Made by a program: the position numbers and the translations under genes
The notes under the pieces: generated by a model
Databases searched by the model: none
Told to the model about the DNA's origin: nothing
Seen by the model: the letters and a program-made list of their open reading frames with translations, nothing else
Part shown: positions 59,852-64,000 of the stretch, one piece after another
Layout: the number at the start of each line of letters is the position of its first letter
Numbering within the stretch: position 1 is the first letter of the stretch
Origin: an uncultured Clostridium sp.
GTDB lineage: Bacteria > Bacillota > Clostridia > TANB77 > CAG-508
Length of the DNA stretch: 64,000 nucleotides
Assembly (NCBI GenBank): GCA_948465565.1
Contig: CAOJXR010000004.1
Location: 2,557-66,556, forward strand
Direction of reading: 5' to 3'

Positions 59852-60784
59852 CTACTTTAAATAATATTCTACTAACTTTACATATTGATCTTGTGCATTT
59901 AAACACGTATCAATCAAATATCCCTTTTCACTTTTGTATTCTTTCAAACCTCTATAATAAAATAATTTATCTGCATCTTGTATAATAAATGGAACAATAT
60001 TGTTTTTTAAACATTCCTTAAACAATATAATTCTTCCTATTCTGCCATTACCATCTTGAAATGGATGTATCCTCTCGAATCTATAATGAAATTCAATTAT
60101 TTCTTTTATAGTAACTTTTTTAAGTGAATTATACCAATCCATTAATTTTGACATTTCTTTTTCAACATTGTTTGGTGATGTTGTCTTAATACCACTTCCT
60201 ATTGTATTAGCTCTTTGTTTATATTCTCCAACATTAAACCATTCCACTCTACTATCTGAGGTACCATCTTTTAAAATCTTATGAAATTCTTTTATCATCT
60301 TTTCAGTTAATTTCTTATCTGTTACATCTAACATATAATCAACTAATTTAAAGTGGTTAGAAGTTTCTAATATATCGTCTACTTTTGCAATTGTATCACC
60401 TTCAAATAAAATAGTATTTGTTTCAAAGATATATCTTGTTTGATCTTCTGTTAATGTGCTTCCTTCAATATGATTTGTATTATATGCAAATGAAATCTGA
60501 GTTTGATGATATAAGTTTCCTTTTAGTTTCATTTCTTTTTGTTCTCTAAGGATATCTAATACATTTATTTTTGAAACATCAAATTTTTCTTCTTGATCAT
60601 TTAATAATTCATCAATTGATATTTCAAACAATTCGGCTAATCTTTTTAATGATTCAATACTAGGCTCTAAAGCACCAGATTCATATTTTGAAACTGTACT
60701 AGCACTAACCTCCAAAATATCAGCAAGATTATTTTGAGTCATCTTTTTGTTTTCTCTATATAATTTAATTTTATCTCCTAACAT
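59852..60784 (-). CDS. Fic-family protein with an N-terminal XRE-type HTH domain
   Basis: N-terminus KIKLYRENKKMTQNNLADILEVSASTVSKYESG is an HTH_XRE domain. HPFQDGNGRIGR is the Fic motif HPFx(D/E)GNGR. Confidence 0.85.
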   Translation of the reverse strand: MLGDKIKLYRENKKMTQNNLADILEVSASTVSKYESGALEPSIESLKRLAELFEISIDELLNDQEEKFDVSKINVLDILREQKEMKLKGNLYHQTQISFAYNTNHIEGSTLTEDQTRYIFETNTILFEGDTIAKVDDILETSNHFKLVDYMLDVTDKKLTEKMIKEFHKILKDGTSDSRVEWFNVGEYKQRANTIGSGIKTTSPNNVEKEMSKLMDWYNSLKKVTIKEIIEFHYRFERIHPFQDGNGRIGRIILFKECLKNNIVPFIIQDADKLFYYRGLKEYKSEKGYLIDTCLNAQDQYVKLVEYYLK

Positions 60785-60913
60785 AATAAAAACTCTCCTT
60801 TTTAGATTATAATATTATTATATCATATTATTTCCAAAAAAGAAAGTTTTAATTCTATATTCATTTAATTGTTTCCAAAATATAATTAATATTCTTTAGT
60901 TTCTTATTAATTC

Positions 60914-62275
60914 TTATAAGGCTATATTGCCTCCAAACAATTTGTTTATAGCTTTCTTTATATTCTCGTCATCAAGTCCAAATCTTTTTAATTGCATAAT
61001 ATAAATTAATCTTTCTAAATAAATAATCCCTACAAATCCATCTGAATCTATATCAATATCCATGTTTCCATGTGCAAAATCATTTCTTAGCTTTTGCAAA
61101 TTTGTAAATATTTTATTTTTATTTTCTATATGATTTAAACTACATAAATGCTGTAAGAATACTTCAGATACATTTTTTAATTTTTCGTTAGTATAAATAA
61201 GTTTACTTTCTAAGTTATCTTTTCCAATATCTTCTACTATTTTCTTGATTATCTTGCTTTTTTGTTTATCATAATTAGTAGATAATTGTAATAAATCATT
61301 TTTTATTTCGTCAATTTTATTAAGTTTGGTTTCCTTATGTTCCACACCATTAGGAAATAATTGCTTGAATTCCCATTCAAATGCTGAAGAAACTATAACA
61401 AAACTTTGAGGTGTAATTTGATTTCTTTTTAATTCATTTTCTGGTATATGTCTTATAAAGATTTTTTCATCAACAATTGCTTGTAGTATTTTATGATCAA
61501 TTGTTTTTATATGATCATAATTTATGTGATATTTCTTTATATAATCCTCTTCTGCCTCATCTATATTATGTATAAAAAGCGTCATTTGAGCAACTGGAAA
61601 ATATTTGCCCTTTTCATCTTTTTTTAGTAATTCTATGCATTTAAAATTAATATTTTGTCTATAATATAAATAAGATATAAATGTATATCCTGTCGTTATT
61701 ATATCATAAATTAAATTATAATCTTCTAGTAAACTATTCCATTCAAATTTTAGTAAAGCATTAGCAATAAAATAGTTATTAATATCTTTAGTTGAAACTT
61801 TTCTTTCTATTTCGAAACTATAATTTACTATTGTATTTTTTAACTTTATCTTCTTTTTTAAAGAATTTACTTCTTCAAAGGATTTTATTTTAAAATCCAT
61901 TTTCCCTTTTTGGTCGTATTTAACGCTATCTAATACTCTTCTAGAATCATATATATACTCTAGTTCTTTCGCGTATATATTTAGCGCATCTATTTTTTGT
62001 TCTTCATACTTAAATTCTATTATTCCAAGTATTCTAAAAGTTGAAACTGCACCTATGCTATCTAAATTGTGATTATGAAATATAATTGCATCATTCCAAT
62101 TTGGAAATAGCTTTACCTTTAATATTTTTATGTTATGTTTTTCTTTATATTTTCCATTTAAATTGTCTACAAACTTTTTCCAGTCCACTCCATTTTCATT
62201 AACTACTGTTATATATTCATCATCTAATTCAAATCTATACTTTTCATTATTATAGATATAATATCCACTTTTCAT
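60914..62275 (-). CDS. large protein with a C-terminal HEPN-like RNxxxH motif (ApeA/Abi-like architecture), paralog 2
   Basis: C-terminus LQKLRNDFAHGNMD. Probable start MKSGYY at 62275 with a TGGAGA RBS; the ORF track start at 62335 overlaps the upstream gene. Confidence 0.7.
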   Translation of the reverse strand: MKSGYYIYNNEKYRFELDDEYITVVNENGVDWKKFVDNLNGKYKEKHNIKILKVKLFPNWNDAIIFHNHNLDSIGAVSTFRILGIIEFKYEEQKIDALNIYAKELEYIYDSRRVLDSVKYDQKGKMDFKIKSFEEVNSLKKKIKLKNTIVNYSFEIERKVSTKDINNYFIANALLKFEWNSLLEDYNLIYDIITTGYTFISYLYYRQNINFKCIELLKKDEKGKYFPVAQMTLFIHNIDEAEEDYIKKYHINYDHIKTIDHKILQAIVDEKIFIRHIPENELKRNQITPQSFVIVSSAFEWEFKQLFPNGVEHKETKLNKIDEIKNDLLQLSTNYDKQKSKIIKKIVEDIGKDNLESKLIYTNEKLKNVSEVFLQHLCSLNHIENKNKIFTNLQKLRNDFAHGNMDIDIDSDGFVGIIYLERLIYIMQLKRFGLDDENIKKAINKLFGGNIAL

Positions 62276-62289
62276 ATTTCTCCAATCTA

Positions 62290-63573
62290 TTACAATTGAT
62301 ACATAACATCTTTGCTTTTTACATCTATATCGCATAATCTATATAATTCTAAATATGCTACAATTTTTACAAATTTGCTAACATTATATATCCATTGAAA
62401 ATCTAATTCTTTATATCTTTTAGGATTATCCGTTGGTATTGGTAATTTCTCCATATAATATCCTTCATGGGAATAATAATTTCTTAAACTTCTAATCTCT
62501 TCTTCTATTTCTTCATCCTTTTGTTTCCTAAAAAAGTGTTCTTTTAGTTCTTTATATTCTTTCAATATTTTTATTAGAAAAGTAGGATTTTTTCCTTTAC
62601 CCTTCATCTTCTGTTTTTGTGCTTCTAAATATTCTAAGGCTCTATAATATTCTAAAAAACTAATTTCTAAAGATGTTTTTTCTATATCGTACTCTAAAAA
62701 TGGAAAAATAGCATTCTTAGAGTTTTCTTCTAATTTATATAAATTACTTAATATATTTATATAACTTTGAAAGATTTCGTCTCTTTTACATATTAGATAT
62801 GTATTATCTTTTTTATTTAAATTAGCTTTTAATATTCTTCTATCTATTAGGAAATAATTGTTTCGTTTATAATCGTAAATATTAGTTTTTTTATGTCTTT
62901 TTTTTGATAATATAAGTAAATGTATTGTTGAATCTATTAACTTTATTAATTTATATGCTTCTTCTAAATCTATAGATTTTTTAAATGTTAGTATTATCGA
63001 ACTTTTATCTTTTATGCTCATTTCTCCATGATTATTATAACTACGAAGATATTCAAAATTAGAATTTAAGTATATAAATATTTCATTATTATTGATTAAA
63101 ATATTTCCAATTTTCTTTTTATTTGTTTTTTTAGCATCTATTTTTACAAATTCTAATAAGTTCTTTTTATCAAATTTATATTTTGCACTATATGAACTAT
63201 TTCCAAAAATATTTCTTATTTCATCATGATAATATTCCATTTTTGATATTTTAGTTTCTTTAGTAAAGTGAGAAATATTTTCATTTCCATTATATCCCCA
63301 CACATAAAAATCCGAATATAATATAGTGCTTGATATAGGTGCATAATTTGTTCTCTTTAATTTTACATTAAATGCAGTAATTGGTCTTAGACTACTATCT
63401 ATTGCATATAATTCTCTAGGACGCTCTTTGTAATCAAAAGAATCATACTTTTCTATATCATTAATTTTAAATTGTATTCCATCTTCATCTGTCTTTATAA
63501 TTGAAATTATCTGTTCATCTGGAAAACAATTTTTAAATGGTTTATTGTCAATATAACCAAATTCATTATCCAA
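62290..63573 (-). CDS. large protein with a C-terminal HEPN-like RNxxxH motif (ApeA/Abi-like architecture), paralog 1
   Basis: C-terminus EIRSLRNYYSHEGYY. A beta-rich N-terminal domain is followed by a helical C-terminus. Confidence 0.7.
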   Translation of the reverse strand: MDNEFGYIDNKPFKNCFPDEQIISIIKTDEDGIQFKINDIEKYDSFDYKERPRELYAIDSSLRPITAFNVKLKRTNYAPISSTILYSDFYVWGYNGNENISHFTKETKISKMEYYHDEIRNIFGNSSYSAKYKFDKKNLLEFVKIDAKKTNKKKIGNILINNNEIFIYLNSNFEYLRSYNNHGEMSIKDKSSIILTFKKSIDLEEAYKLIKLIDSTIHLLILSKKRHKKTNIYDYKRNNYFLIDRRILKANLNKKDNTYLICKRDEIFQSYINILSNLYKLEENSKNAIFPFLEYDIEKTSLEISFLEYYRALEYLEAQKQKMKGKGKNPTFLIKILKEYKELKEHFFRKQKDEEIEEEIRSLRNYYSHEGYYMEKLPIPTDNPKRYKELDFQWIYNVSKFVKIVAYLELYRLCDIDVKSKDVMYQL

Positions 63574-63657
63574 CTCATATCACCTTCTATTATCTTTTAT
63601 TTTCCATGTCATTTTTTCTGACTCATTATCCTCTTCAAAACCGAACTTTTTCCAAAA

Positions 63658-64000
63658 CTAATATCCATCTCCATCTGGTTGTAATATTATATTTTTATCT
63701 ATATAAATATAATCTATCAAATATTGGGCTAATTTTGTTCCAATTCCTTTATTTCTTAAGTTTTTCTTTACCATAAAATCAGAAACAAATATTGTTGTTC
63801 CATTGTTTTCATACTTTTTACTTATTAAATTTACTATATATAAATATTTCAACTCTTTTTCAATTATTGAATATGCTAATATTTTATACTTTCTTACTAT
63901 TCCTTTGTCTACTAATAAAAATATTTCTTTTTCTCCTATATTAAAAGTCTGAATATTTAATGTATCAAATTCTATTATGTTATTATATTTGTTAATAAAT
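63658..64000 (-). CDS. GNAT-family N-acetyltransferase, 5'-partial (start lies beyond window end)
   Basis: The frame is open to the window edge and RNKGIGTKLAQYLIDY is GNAT motif A. The ORF track lists only the part from an internal TTG. Confidence 0.7.
   Translation of the reverse strand, partial: FINKYNNIIEFDTLNIQTFNIGEKEIFLLVDKGIVRKYKILAYSIIEKELKYLYIVNLISKKYENNGTTIFVSDFMVKKNLRNKGIGTKLAQYLIDYIYIDKNIILQPDGDGY

Noticed and set aside
1-64000. CRISPR arrays, tRNA/rRNA genes, transposases or integrases
   Set aside because: No regularly spaced direct repeats, no tRNA-like GGTTCGAATCC-type arms or rRNA signatures, and no DDE or tyrosine-recombinase-like ORFs were seen on either strand.

Overview
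This is an AT-rich (roughly 27-30% GC) low-GC Firmicutes (Clostridia-like) chromosomal window, almost entirely minus-strand coding. Coordinates of small sites were counted by eye and should be treated as approximate.

Gene order on the minus strand:
- Positions 1 to ~16.9 kb: topA (5' part), then a division/cell-wall (dcw) cluster of murG, spoVE/ftsW, mraY, murE and a class B PBP. The cluster is then interrupted by a ~7.3 kb block (a 1531-aa secreted dockerin-bearing multidomain protein plus an FprA flavodiiron protein) and continues with ftsL, rsmH and mraZ, with an MraZ-operator-like triple GTGG repeat upstream.
- ~17 to 31.4 kb: ComEC-like MBL hydrolase, nfo, an AlkD-like DNA alkylation repair protein, an M15 peptidase with a PG-binding domain, an MBL hydrolase, a Spo0E-like small protein, an M16 peptidase pair, yqeY, rpsU, a DUF4160/DUF2442 pair, a 2[4Fe-4S] ferredoxin, an MtaD-like deaminase, ricT/yaaT, holB and lepB.
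- ~31.4 to 53.7 kb: a K/E-rich membrane protein, a WalRK-like two-component system, a frameshifted ~2640-aa GT84/GH94 cyclic beta-1,2-glucan-synthase-like gene, two giant (1696 and 1655 aa) Cna-B/DUF11 surface proteins with non-LPXTG C-terminal anchors, and rsmA.
- ~53.8 to 64 kb: a plus-strand PBP with two PASTA domains, then a probable defense island. The island holds a frameshifted Mrr-like restriction endonuclease, two small hypotheticals, an HTH-Fic protein with a downstream 2-TM coiled-coil partner, two tandem large proteins with C-terminal HEPN RNxxxH motifs, and a 5'-partial GNAT acetyltransferase.

The most unusual signals are three discrete GC-elevated (~42-52% GC) single-unit cassettes, each with its own promoter and/or GC-rich terminator. 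They are a small membrane protein at 19.7-20.2 kb, a 149-aa acidic protein inserted between rpsU and yqeY at 25.06-25.58 kb, and a ~350-nt transcribed segment at 13.86-14.25 kb.

Other signals worth a second look are a 25-bp perfect inverted repeat in the walR-walK spacer, the two frameshifted large genes, the HEPN/Fic island, and the DUF4160-DUF2442 putative toxin-antitoxin pair.

No rRNA, tRNA, CRISPR array, transposase or integrase was recognised.
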